Source: Lophium mytilinum (lineage: Eukaryota). From it: DNA of 64,000 nucleotides. The notes under the pieces were generated by a model. The model had not been told where the DNA came from and made no database searches. It saw only the letters and a list, made by a program, of their open reading frames with translations. The position numbers and the translations under genes are program-made. Location: contig MU004191.1 of the NCBI GenBank assembly GCA_010093605.1, positions 41,397 to 105,396 of the forward strand. The letters run 5' to 3'. Shown piece by piece: positions 1 through 12,257 of this stretch (position 1 is the first letter of the stretch; each line of letters begins with the position of its first letter).

Positions 1-1560
1 CTATAAGGTTATAAACTTTCTAGTAATAGAGTTAAGTTTAATTCTAGATACTATATATATAAGCTGCGTAGTATCTATAGTAAAGGTGCAGCCTCTACTA
101 GTAATTTTAAGTATAATATAGCTCTTTTAGCCTAGATATATAGCCTTATTACTATTAAACTCTAGTATATTAGTAATATAGTTGCGTAATAGTAAGTATA
201 ATTAATAGCGCTTAGATTAGTATTAGCTATAACTATAATCTTAAAGGTTATTATTATTACTAGAGAAGCTATTAGAGCTAGAGCTACTAGAGTTACTATA
301 GTCTAGGTTATAGCGCTTCTTCTTATATAACCTAGATTTCTTAAAGTGCTTTTTATACTTAAAACTATTCTAATCTATTATATTATAGTTCTCTAGTAAA
401 GAAGGTAGTGCGCCTTTTAAGCTAGTTATAGTTCTAGTTATAGTTATTATAGTAGGGAAGAACCTATTAATTATATTAGGTCTAGTAGGCGCCGCGTTCT
501 TTTTTAAAGTTATAGCTATAGCTATAAGTATAGGTCTATTAGGTATTATAACTTCTATTAGAATAGTAGCTAGTATAGTAAATATAGCGCAGTATTTAAG
601 CTATATAATCTTACCTTTAAAAGCTTTAATTATAATACTTTAAATTTTATAAGCTTTCTTTATAGACTTAAAATTTCCCTTTTAAATAGTAATCTAGGTA
701 ACTTAGTAGTTATACTCCTCTCTTAACTTTATAAGCTTTATCTTTATCTTATTAAGCTTATACTCTAGCTTCTTTATATTAGTAGCTTACTTAAGTATCT
801 TATTAGCTTTAGAAGCTAGCTCTAGCTCTTATATATCTAATTTATTCTTAAATAGTTAAACTTACTCCTTAGCTAATATATTAGTAAGCGCATCTTATTT
901 ATTTTTAGCGTCCTCTTACGCCTTTTTAAGTATAACTATCTAGGTAGTAAGTTCTTTAACTTATTCCTCTAAGACTTTAATCTTATCTTTTTTCTCTTAA
1001 ACTAAGTTCTATTTAAAGTTAAGCCTATCTTAAAGGGTTTTATAGCTATACTTAGTATCTTTTTATATAATTTTCTTGCGCTATACTTATAGTTTATATT
1101 CTTAAAGAATCTAGTATTACTTCTTAGAGTTTACCTTAATAAGAGTAAGATAGGTATTAGCGTTGTTAATTTAGATAAGCTTAAGCTTCTTAGCTTAGCT
1201 AACTATTAAGTAGTTAATAAAAGTAGAGTCTTCTATAAAGTAACCTAGTATAGTTCTTATTAGCTCTATTAATATATTACTAATATAATAGGTAGAAGTA
1301 TTAATCTTACTTATAAGTAGTCTATTAACGCTATACTTCTCTATAGTTTTATTAATCTTTCTATTATTTTAAGTAAATATAACACTCTAGCTATAACTAA
1401 GAGTTTACTAGGTATCTTCTAAAAGGTTTATATCTTACGCGTACTACTCTATCTATAAAAACTATTCTTCTTATAGCTTATTCTTATACTAAAGGCGTTC
1501 TTATAATAGTAAGACTAATATCTAGAGTTAGTTATTATTAGTATTAGTAGAGAAAGTAGA
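1..1560 (-). pseudogene. RIP-degraded relic ORF, Lys/Glu-rich and coiled-coil-like, family unknown; boundaries approximate
   Basis: Minus strand ~690-960 reads KKA*EDAKNK*DALTNILAKE*V*LFKNKLDI*ELELASKANKILK in one frame with TAA/TAG stops; no transposase or RT motif recognised. Confidence 0.35.
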
Positions 1561-1861
1561 ATAAATATATAGAGGTTTATAGTTAAACTTAATATAGATA
1601 GGGTTTTCCTTATTTACTATTATAAGAAGTTATAATTAACCTATAGATTATAAAGGGGCGGAGTATATATAGTATAGTACTAGTTTTTTAGAGTTAGTAA
1701 TATAGAGAGAATAGAGAATAAAAAAGATAAGTATAGTAGATAGGCTTAGAGAAAGTAGCTATATAGCTAGAGCTAAGTTAGCTTATATATATAGTAAATA
1801 ATTACTAATTAAATAGCTACTTATTTTAGTAAATCTAAGTATATACTTTTATAGGCTTATT

Positions 1862-1993
1862 ACTAAGCGGCCTATAGGTAATTAACTAAGCGGCCTATAG
1901 GCAATTAACTAAGCGGCCTATAGGCGATTAACTAAGTAGCCTATAGATAATTAACTAAGTAGCCTATAGGCTATATACTAAGTAGCCTATAGG
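1862..1993 (+). repeat. 23-bp minisatellite, ~6 copies (actaagcggcctataggtaatta and variants)
   Basis: Copies start at 1862, 1885, 1908, 1931, 1954, 1977; differences are mostly transitions. Confidence 0.9.
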
Positions 1994-2079
1994 TTTATAT
2001 AGTTTATAGACTTTTTATATACACCTATAGGCTATAAGAATATAATTATATAGACCTAAGGGTTACTTAACTAAGTAGA

Positions 2080-3950
2080 TCTATAGGTTAATAGTAAGGC
2101 TTTAAAAGAATATAATTAATAGCTTATATAGTTAGGCGGTAAAGCTATAGAATTAAAGTAATAATATTAAGGCTACTATATAGTATATAGTCTAGCTTTA
2201 TAATAAGTAGTTAGAATTATATAAAAAGAAAGTCTAGTATATAGATAGTATATAGTATTATAGATAGTAAGATATAAAGGTATATAGAATAAGAAGTAGA
2301 ATTATATTATAAGATATACTATAAGAAGCTAGAGTATAAGGCTACTTATAATCTATCTAGAGAGGCATATTAGTAGTAGAATAATAATATTTCTAGTAAG
2401 TATATAATAGCTAGGGAAAGAGGCCTAGATTTATTATAATTTTATAGGTAGGCTATAGAGTTCTATAGAAAGGCTGCAGGCTATTATAGTAAGGCTATAG
2501 ATTATTATAGTTAGGCTACTATATTAAATAGAAAGTATATATTAATTAAGTAGTCTATATAGTATAGATAGACTATAGTACTTTATTTATTTTTAGTTAT
2601 TTTAGGTTTTTATGCGTAGTAAATATAGTAGATATAAAGAAGTATTCTACTCTCTTTAGAGTACTACTATCTAGTATATTACTATTTCTAGTAGCCTTTC
2701 TCTTTCTACTTACTATATTAAGAGCTTATAATTCTATTATAGATTAGAATATTACTATACCCGGCGTACTATTAGTATTATTATTAGGGCTATTATTAGC
2801 CTTATAGTAGGTTAGTACTACCTACCTTTTTATATTAGCTTTTAGTTAAGTATTCTTTTTTATAGTATATACTATACTATATAATAAATAGCTTCTCTTA
2901 TAGTTAGTGCATTTTTTAATACTCTTCTCTATATATTATCTTATATTATAAGCTTCTACACACGCCGCGTATACCGCCTTCTTCTTATAGTATCTAGTAA
3001 TATATCTATAGCCCTAGTATTAGAAGTATTAGGTAGCTATAAAGCCTACCTTATACTTTATAGCCTCTAGTATATATCTATTCTATACTAGCCTACTATC
3101 TATAATTTTATTTACTATTACCTCTATACCTATAGTAACTATAGCTAATAAGGTGCACTATTTAGAATTATTTCTAATAGTCTAGATTTAATTTAGGTAC
3201 TTCTATATAATTTTATATATAGCTAAGCCTAGGTATAGTACCTTATTATCTTATATAATACTACTTTATAGTATTAGGTTTTTTAAGTCTATCTCTTTAG
3301 ATACTCTATATACCTCTAGAAGGACCTTAGATAGTTAGATTTATACTATTTTACCTAGAATCTTTACCTATTTCTTTTTCTTTAATTAAGCTTTCTTAAT
3401 AGTTATATCTAGTATATAGGCCTATATATTTCTACTTTAAAGCTTTTTAACTCTATAGATCTTTATTATATTAGGCTCTTCTACTACTTAAAGCTTATAG
3501 ATAATAGTTATATTTAAGTTCTTATTTAATATAGCGCGTTTCTTCTTATTCTTAATATATATAGTAATTTTATAGATAGTCTATATTATATACTTTCTAT
3601 TTTCTATAGTCTTACTATTTCTTTCTACTACTACTACTACTATATAGGTTATTTCTTATATAGATAGTACCTATATACTCTTCTATATTTTCTTTATTAT
3701 CTTTATTATCTTTTTTTATAGCGTTTATTATAGGTCCTCTATAGTACCTAAGAGGCTAGCTAGTATACGCCTAGTAAAGTTCTAGAGGTACTTAAGAGCA
3801 TTATTTATCTTAGAGTTAGAGGATATAGACTTATTCTATAGAAAGTCTTATATACTATAGGCTTCTTTAATAAGTACTTAGATATTAGTATAGATATTCT
3901 ACTTAGTCTTTAGTTAGTAAGTTTAGTTTTAGAGTTATTATTAGTATTAT
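2080..3950 (-). mobile_element. RIP-degraded non-LTR retrotransposon (Tad1-like LINE) relic: ORF1 with three zinc knuckles and probable start of ORF2 endonuclease
   Basis: Minus strand ~3035-2865 reads AT*YF*Y*GYRYITRYYKKKAVYAACVEAYNIR*YIEKSIKKCTNYKRSYLLYSSIY; reversing C>T/G>A gives CxxCxxxxHxxxxC-CxxCxxxHxxxxC-CxxCxxxHxxxxxxC, typical of Tad-clade ORF1. An SLNIITLIL (de-RIP SPDVVTLIL) stretch near 2150-2175 resembles the APE endonuclease. Ends approximate. Confidence 0.75.
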
Positions 3951-3954
3951 TAGT

Positions 3955-3990
<36 letters not shown>

Positions 3991-3993
3991 AAT
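3936..3993 (+). repeat. (TAT/TAG)n trinucleotide tract
   Basis: ttattagtattattagtagtattattattattattattattattattatt; probably a RIP-converted codon repeat. Confidence 0.8.
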
Positions 3994-4249
3994 ACTATAT
4001 AATAGAAGTTATAATATATAATTCTACTATAATACTACTAGTATAGCTTATAGAGCTTTAATACTATATATAAATATTTATAGAGCCTTAAGTAGCCTCT
4101 AGAGGCCCTTTTTAGATTATATTTCTAAAGTACTATAAATTTAATTATATTATTTTAGATTTAATATATACTATTATTATAGCTATATACTACCTTCTCT
4201 ATATATATATAATTAATCTACTAAATAGTAGTATTATTAGTATAGTTTC

Positions 4250-7200
4250 CTAGTAAGTTCTTATCTAACTTATTACTAGGCTTAGATACCTTTAGCGCTT
4301 CTTCTTTAGTAGTAGAGTCTATAGATTTAGAGGTAGTTAGTATAGTAATATTAGGGGCAGCATTATATAGATCTTTATCTAACTTACTATAGTTAGCTAT
4401 AGCCTTAGTTAAGTACTTCTTTCTTTTTCTAGTTTTATTAGTAGCTAGAATAATATATAGAATATTAGTAGAGTATTATTCTATAATATTATATATTAGC
4501 TAGGTAAGCCTTTTTATAGAGACTTTTTATTTATTTAAAAGTATACTAGTAAGCTATAAGGCTCTATATATTTCTTTAGGTAGATTTCTTTTCTTTAATA
4601 TAATTTATATTTAATACTTAGTTCTAGAATTATTTAGATTATCTAGAATATTACTAGGCCTATAAGTAAGGCTATTAGGCTTAGTTAACTACTTATCTAG
4701 TTGCTAGTTTAGAATAAAGTTAAATTAGAAAAGATACTTAGCCTAATAGGCTTATTAGCGGTTTAACTATTTAGAAAATATAAAGTATTCTAGGTTTTTA
4801 TAATCTATCTATACTAGTATAGGGTTAATTATACTAGTAAGCTTAGGGCGCTATTTCTTAAAGGCGTAGATAATAGTAAGTAACTTCTTATTATATATCT
4901 TATAGTTATATTTAGTAGAAGTTATTTTCTTAAAAAGAAAGATAATAGGGTAGAGAATTCTATTTAGGCCTTATTAAGAGAGGATAGTAGTAATAATATA
5001 GTTAAATATATCTATTTCTAATATATAGTCTAGATCTAGATTAAAGTAGGCTAAGACTAGCGCTAAAAGAAAAGAGGCTTTAAGCTTCTTAAAGGCTTAC
5101 GCTACTAGACTATTAGTAAGTAAGAGAAAATTACCTTATTCTATTATTTTCTTAGTAAGCTTAGTTAGTAGTATAGTAATCTATAAATAACTAGTAATAA
5201 ATTACTAATAGAAATTATAAAAGCTAAGAAATAATTAAATATTCTTAATATTATAGAGTAGCTACTAGTTCTAGATAGTACTAACTTTAGTTAGGTCTAT
5301 CTCTATACTATTAGGCGTAATAATAAGTCTAAGATACTTTACGCGTTTAACTAAGAAATAATACTTATTAATATTAAGAAAGAGTTCTATATTATATAGT
5401 ACTATAAGAATATTTATAGTTCTTTTTATAGTTCTCTTTATTATTACTATAGATAAGAATATTATCTATATATACTATATAGTAGATATCTAGGTATAGA
5501 TATAGTATAGAATTAATAAATAATTAAAATATACTAGAAGCATTATATAGGCTAAAGAGTATAATAATAAATTTAAAGATACTATATTAGGTATAGAAGG
5601 CTATTTTATACTAGTTACTATTCTTAATATAGATATTATTAAATATAGTAATAATATTAAAGATAAAGTATATCTTAGCTTTATAAAGCTGCGTAATTAT
5701 ATTATNNNNNNNNNNAATAATTAAAATATACTAGAAGCATTATATAGGCTAAAGAGTATAATAATAAATTTAAAGATACTATATTAGGTATAGAAGGCTA
5801 TTTTATACTAATTGCTATTCTTAACGTAGATATTATTAAATATAGTAATAATATTAAAGATAGAGTATATCTTAGCTTTATAAAGCTGCGTAATTATATT
5901 ATATAAGAGAGAAGGTGCATTTCTATCCTTAATTATAATTTTATTTAGTAAGTAGTAATTAATATAGATATAGAGTCCTCCGCCTAGCTTATAGATAATA
6001 ATAACGGGCGCTATAAATAGTAATATACTAGGGTAAATAAAGCTCTTTCTAAGTATCTTATTAATATAGGCTTTAATAGTATACAGCTTATTATAAGAGA
6101 GGCTATACTAGTATAGAATAGAGGGTTTTATATTTAGATTCTTAAAATTAATAGTATAGTCTACGCTAGGCCTATATAGAGGTAGTTTATTAGCTACTTA
6201 TAAATTAAAAGTGTTTAAGATTTAATAAAAGAATAGAGAAATCTTTTATTAAAGCTAGTCTATATATATAGTAATTTTATTATTTTTTCTTTAAACTAAT
6301 AATAGTTCTTAGTAGTAATACCTACTAGGTTTATAATCTATTATCTATAGGTATATTAGTTATCTATATCTAGAGATTTATCTAGCTACTTAAAATTCTA
6401 TAAAGTAATAGTTATTACTATATTCTTATTATATTTAGCTATAGTAGAATAGGTATATATAGAGATAAATTAAATATTATAAGCTAGTAGCTTATCTAGT
6501 AGAACTAGTTCGGGTAGAAAAGGCTTACTATTATAATCTAGCTAAAGAAAGTCTTCTATATTATTAGGGCCTTTAATAGTTAGGCTAAGGTTAAAATTAA
6601 AGTTAGAGTTAGAGTTATATTAAGAGCTATAGAAATCGCCTAGGTTTTAGTATAGTTTAATTTTAATATATTTTAAATAGATAAGGCTTTTAGTAATAAC
6701 TAGTCTACTATAATAGAGGTAGTTAGATATATAGTAGTTAGATTAGAAGATAGTTAGATCTTTCTAAAACTAGTAGTAGAGTTATAAAGCTAGAGCTAGA
6801 GTATATCTAAGATTATATTATATTATCTAGTATTAGTAATATAGTAGGTTATAGTATTATAGTAGTTACTAATATAAAAGGTAATATCTACTATATAGTC
6901 TAGTATAATAGAGGGCTTACTATTAGTAAGCTTAAGAATAATAGGTTATAAGAAGAGTTAGATAGATATTTTATATAGGTATGCGGTTTTTAAATAAAGA
7001 AATTAAGAGCCTAATTCTATATTAAAGAGAATTTTAGTAGTAAATAGATTAGATTAGAGAATTCTATCTAAAAAGCTAAATTATTTACTATTAACTAGCT
7101 AGAGTATAAAAGTAGATATATATATAATAACTAGCTTAATTTCTTATTTTAAAATAGTAATTCTATCTATAACTACTCTTAATTTTCTATTATTAAAGAC

Positions 7201-9825
7201 TATTAGGGGTTCTTAGTAGTAACTATTACTAAGAACTAAGTATTTTCTATTATCTTATTATAAGTAGAGCTAGTATAGATAGCGCTAATATTAATACTAG
7301 TAAGATTAATTTTATTAGTAAGGCTACTAACTTTATAGATAGGTACTAGCTATTAGCTAATATATAGAGTATTACTATTAGCTATATATCTATACTTAAG
7401 ATAGTTCTAGTAGTAATTAAGCTACTTAAGGCGCGTAATAGTGCAGTAATTATAACTAAAGAGGCTTAGAGAGTTATTTATAGTAGTAATATTACTTAGT
7501 ATAGTATTAGTAAGTAGTAGATAGTAAAGTATAGTAGAGCTAGTACTAGTAGCTTTATAAGTATTATATATAGACTTAAAGATCTTCTTCTCTTTATAGG
7601 TATTCTTATTTAGCTTAATAATATTAAGCTATAATTCTAGAGTCTATAGAAAAGTAATAAAAGTTATTATATTACTATTCTATCTATTAGTAGCCTTATA
7701 TTTAAGGCTATTAGCAAGATTATATTATATATAGTAGATCTTCTTAGAGTCTTTAAGGTAAAGAAAGGCTACGCTAGTATTAAAGTATTCTACCTAGGTT
7801 ATAATGCGCTTATTTTTTTCTTATATAAACTTACTATTATATAAATTAGTATATATATTAGCCGCCTTATTAAAAAGTCTATAGACCTTATCTAGGTTAT
7901 TAATTAATTCTTCTATAGAGAGGTATAGCTCTTTACTATTAAATTTAGCCTAATAGAAAATTATATTAAAGGCTTTTCTTTTAAGCCTATTATAGATATA
8001 TACTATATAATAATATATAGTAGTATATAGTAGTATATAAATATCTATCTTACTAAGTACCTATATATACTACTACTAGTAGAATAGCTTATTCTTATTA
8101 CTACTACTAAACTTATCTAGATTAAAGTAGTAGTATATTACTATATATGCGCTAGGGTTCTAAATAGATATAAATAGAGTAGTAGACTTACTCTTAATTA
8201 GATTAAACTATAGAGGCTAGCTAATAGAATATTAATAAAGTAGAACTATAGATATAGAAGAATAGAAACTATTATTATTAGAATTATAGTTAAAGTCTAG
8301 GGGCTATAGGCGTATAACCCCTTATTAATAAAGCTATTATTTAAGCTTCTTAATATAGATAGTAAGCTATTTATATATTCTCTTAAGAGTCTAGTACTTA
8401 CTATACTAGTAGTTATAGTATAGGCGCATCTAGTTAAGCTTAAGGTTAGCCTAATAACTACTAGTAGTATACTATAGTTATTTAGTATAATAGGCCTCTA
8501 ACTCTTATTCTACTATAGTAGTATTATTAGTTATATTCTACTTATACTTTTAATACTTATTCTAGAGTTTATTATAATACTTATCTTTATTCTTAGCTTT
8601 TTTAAAGCTAACTTTATATTCTATATAGAGCTTCTAGAAGAATTTCTACTATATAAAGTTATTCTTATTTACTATAGTAGTAAACTTAGTCTTATTTATA
8701 ACTATAATATTAATAGTTATAGTACTATTAGTATAATAGTTAAGAAGCTAGACTAGTAGCTAAATATAGTACTAGAGGTTACTTTCTTATAGCTCTTCTA
8801 GAATATCTATATACTTAGGTTTAGTATTTAGAACCTATTTAGTTTTATAGTATATAACTAGAATAAATACTTATTAGTCTACTATAGAGATATAGTAATA
8901 AGTAGAGTATAGCTTATTTCTAGCCTATTTATTTATATTATCTTTAGTTATAAACTAAATAGCGCGCTTATCTAGAGTATTTATACTAGATGTAATAAAG
9001 CTGCCTTTATTATTAGAGTTATAATCTAGGTTAAGTTTATTAGTAATAGTCTAGTTCTAGTTTAAAAGTCTAGTAGTATTAACTAGATTATCTACTAAGT
9101 ATTTAGGGCGCTAGGTATTAGCGTACTAGATATTAGCGCGCTAGATATTAGTATACTAAGTATTATTTAAGGTCTATAAGAAGGCTTAAGTCTATTCTTA
9201 GGTATTTAGAATTAGTTCTCTAGTTCTATAGTAAAAGCTAGAAATAATAGCTAGAGTAGAAGAATTTTTAGCTGCGCCCTAAAAGTATATAAGGCGCGCG
9301 GCGCAGTAGGCCTTTTTATTACTAGTAGTTAATAGAGTTATAGAAGTATAGGTAATAGGTAGTTTTTTTAAAGTTAAATTAGTACTATTTATAGCGCTTA
9401 GAGTCTTTAAATTATTTTAAAGCCTAGCTATTAAATTAGCTACTAGCTTATTTAAAGAAAGTAGTACTAGATTATAGTCTACTAGGTTAGATTTAGATGC
9501 CGCGCGTAGCTATATAGCTAGGCCGGCGGGTATTTAATTAGGTTTAGTAAAAATATCTAAATCTTATAATAGAGTTCTAGAAAAAATTAATAAGATTCTA
9601 AGTATAGAAGAGTAAGCTTAGATTATATAGAGGGCTAATATAATATAAATAATAAGGTATATTAACTATTATATAAATCTAAGCTAAAAAGAAGAGAGAG
9701 AGCTAGAAGCTCTTAAAAGGTTATAGTTTAAGGCCGGCGCATAGGCTATAGTCTAGCGCCTTAGGCTAGCATTTTACTTAGGTTATATAAGAGGCGGCAT
9801 GTAACCTTAGTATATAATTATTATA
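4250..9825 (-). mobile_element. RIP-degraded Ty3/gypsy LTR retrotransposon (gag, protease, RT, RNase H; integrase not seen)
   Basis: Minus strand: ~7040-6990 KILFNIELGS (de-RIP LFDTGSGS protease); ~5610-5450 YKIAFYT*YSIFKFIIILFSLYNASSIF*...YIDNILIYS (KTAF..YG.FEF.VMPFGL.NAP..F, YxDD); ~5100-4650 AFKKLK...EIDIFNY...NYKIYNKKLLTIIYAFKK*R...IDYKNLEYF...LNR**AY*AKYL (ETDASD, NYEIYDKELLAIV, TDHKNL, LNRRQARW). A possible degenerate 5' LTR lies at ~9625-9825. Confidence 0.92.
5706..5715. other. Scaffold gap (10 N) flanked by a 187-bp overlap
   Basis: 5519-5705 is repeated at 5716-5902 with a few transition differences. Confidence 0.95.
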
Positions 9826-9840
9826 ATTCTAGGTTTATAC

Positions 9841-11750
9841 TATAATAATATAAAAATAAAGATATAGAAAAATAAGCTCTAAAAAAAGATTAAAATACTT
9901 TAAAAGAAACTTATATATAAAACTAAACTTCTTATCTAGGCTAAATATTTAAAGAGTAGTAAAGAAGCTAGATTTAAAACTACTTAAAACTAATACCTAA
10001 TTATAGGCGCTAGCTATATTTTATAAAGTATTTATATCTATATTTTCTATAAATAAACTACTTAAAACTTTATTTATAGAAAAACTATATAAGCTATAAA
10101 TAAAATATTATTAGTACTTATAGCTTTAGCTAGTATTAATACTATTATCTAGAGTATATTTATATAGAAAACTAGAGCTTATTAAGCTCTTTTTTAAGAT
10201 ATAGAGAAGTACTTAAAAAAAATAAGTAATAGCGCTACTATTACTATAGTATTCTAGTAATTAATTTATAAAAGTACTAACTTATATATAAATCTTAATA
10301 AAAAGGCTATTAAAGTAATAGAGGCTAATTTATAGAATATTATAATAAGGGGTATAAATATTAATTAAGATATATAGGCCTTTTTTAAATATAATATTCT
10401 TCTACTATCTCTAATAAGTAGAGTAGTAATAACTATTTCTATCTTTCTTATAAATAATAATAAGCTATAAGAAACTAACTTTTATATAGTATAACCTATT
10501 AAAATAATATTACTAGTAAGCTAACTCTATATATCTAAAATAATACTAAAAGAACTAGAAATTATTATATTAGTAGCCTTAAAAAAATCTAGAGAAATAA
10601 CTACTAGTTTATAAGCTTATACTACTAAATAGAAGAAAATACTAATAAAATCTTTTTAGTAAAGTAGAAAATTACTATATATTCTATATAAGTTACTAAT
10701 AAATACTTTAAAATTATAATATAGTATAATAAATACTAATAGAATACTATCTAGAAAGCTATTAATAATAGTATACTTATTAGTAAGCTTTTAATAAAGA
10801 GTATAAAATATATAGTATAATAAGCTAAAGTCTATAAGGCTTTTATATAGCTATCTAGTATTATTACTACTAACTTTAGTAGAATCTATACTAGTAAAGC
10901 TAAAAAGTATAATAAGTAGTAGTATACTAAAAGTAATAACTATAAAGTAAAAGCTATTAAAGAATAATTTTATAACTAGAACTAGTATAACTTAAATATA
11001 ACTAAAGCTAGAATAATAAAATTTTAATAGCTTCTATATTAAATATAATTATCTAAAAAACTTATTATTTAAAGTAAACTATAATAATACTATAGTTAAT
11101 AAGTAAGTAGCCTTAGATAATAATAATCTAGTAAATTTAGATATAACCTTTCTAGTACTCTATAATTTAGTAAAGTTAGCTATACTAGATATATTAAATA
11201 GTAAAAATAAAAAGATTACTAAAAAGAAAATTAATATAATAATAGTTAATATTAATAGCTATATATATAGTAGTAAAAATAAAAGTAAAAATAAATAGCT
11301 TTTCTATAATAATTTTACTAGTAATAACTCTATCTATAATAACTCTATCTATAATAACTCTATCTATAATAACTCTATCTATAATAACTCTACTAGTAAT
11401 AACTTCTCTAACTATTTTACTAGTAATAATTTCTCTAACTATTCTACTAGTAATAAGAATAATAATATTATATAAAATAAAGTTACTAGTATAGCTATAG
11501 TATACTTTAATCTTACTAAAGATAAAATAGTTAAAGAAAAAAAGTAAACTAAATAGCTATAAGTTCTTATTAGTAATAAGTAGCTAAAGAAAAAATATCT
11601 ATCTATATTAAAATACTTTACTAGAAAGATTTAGCTAATAAAAAAGATATAAGCTATAGAAAATATATAAACTATAAATATATCTATAAAGGTATAGATA
11701 ATACTATTAAAGAGATAAGGTTATAGTAGTAGTAATAGTAGAGGTAGCTA
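9841..11750 (+). pseudogene. RIP-degraded long relic ORF (roughly 600 codons), family unknown
   Basis: Frame starting 9841 reads as protein-like text broken by TAA/TAG stops and contains an in-frame 15-bp repeat at 11323; no TE catalytic motif recognised. Confidence 0.4.
11323..11397 (+). repeat. 15-bp tandem repeat (aataactctatctat x4 plus a degenerate copy)
   Basis: Perfect copies at 11323, 11338, 11353, 11368; in frame with the 9841 relic ORF (NNSIY repeats). Confidence 0.9.
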
Positions 11751-11823
11751 TAGCCGGGGCTAGATACTAATACTTCTTCTTTATTACACTATCTTAGGAG
11801 AGATAATTCTTAGGCGCGGTAAT

Positions 11824-11994
11824 TGTTACGTATAACGTAACCCTATAGGGTGCAGGTAATATAAAGGCAGATAATAGGAAGAAAGGAAGGGTTACAGGAC
11901 CAGGATAGATAGCTATAACGTGTTGGAGGGTTAGCCTCTAATACTTCTACTAATACACAATGGTTCTACACCGAGTATTCGAGACCTTGTAACA
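11824..11994 (+). mobile_element. LTR-like element (171 bp), only lightly mutated
   Basis: Starts TGTTAC and ends GTAACA (6-bp inverted termini, TG...CA); internal TATA-like atataaagg and aataca signal; flanks gtaat/acgct do not form a TSD. Confidence 0.7.
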
Positions 11995-12057
11995 ACGCTG
12001 CCGTACAACTGCCAGCCGTATACATGCACGGCACGTAACGACAGCTTGTCTACAACA

Positions 12058-12141
12058 ATCGTGAGTAGCATCGTGAGCAGCATCGTGGGCAGCATCGTGA
12101 GCAGCATCGTGAGCAGCATCGTGAGCAGCATCGTGAGCAGC
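12058..12141 (+). repeat. 12-bp tandem repeat, 7 copies (atcgtgagcagc)
   Basis: Seen directly; causes the overlapping HDAA/MLLT/CCSR repeat ORFs in the track. Confidence 0.95.
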
Positions 12142-12257
12142 ATTGTAAGAATCGCCGTGAGCGGGAACGTGTGAGAGATGTGGTAGGCGGTAGCACAATG
12201 GCTGCTGAGGCCGTAGTAGGGATACGCCTACACCCGCTCAACTAGAAATTGCTACGG

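Larger units (their letters stand above)
1..11820. repeat. AT-rich block of RIP-mutated repeats (heterochromatin-like isochore)
   Basis: Very low GC, TpA everywhere, CpA/TpG nearly absent, no ORFs in the track until 11931, abrupt switch to balanced GC near 11820-12000. Confidence 0.95.

Noticed and set aside
1862..1993. Regularly spaced repeats resembling a CRISPR array
   Set aside because: Contiguous tandem copies with no unique spacers, in eukaryotic RIP-mutated DNA with no cas genes
11931..12241. Three overlapping repeat ORFs (MLLT, HDAA, CCSR; the last looks metallothionein-like)
   Set aside because: All arise from one stop-free 12-bp tandem repeat; no independent coding evidence
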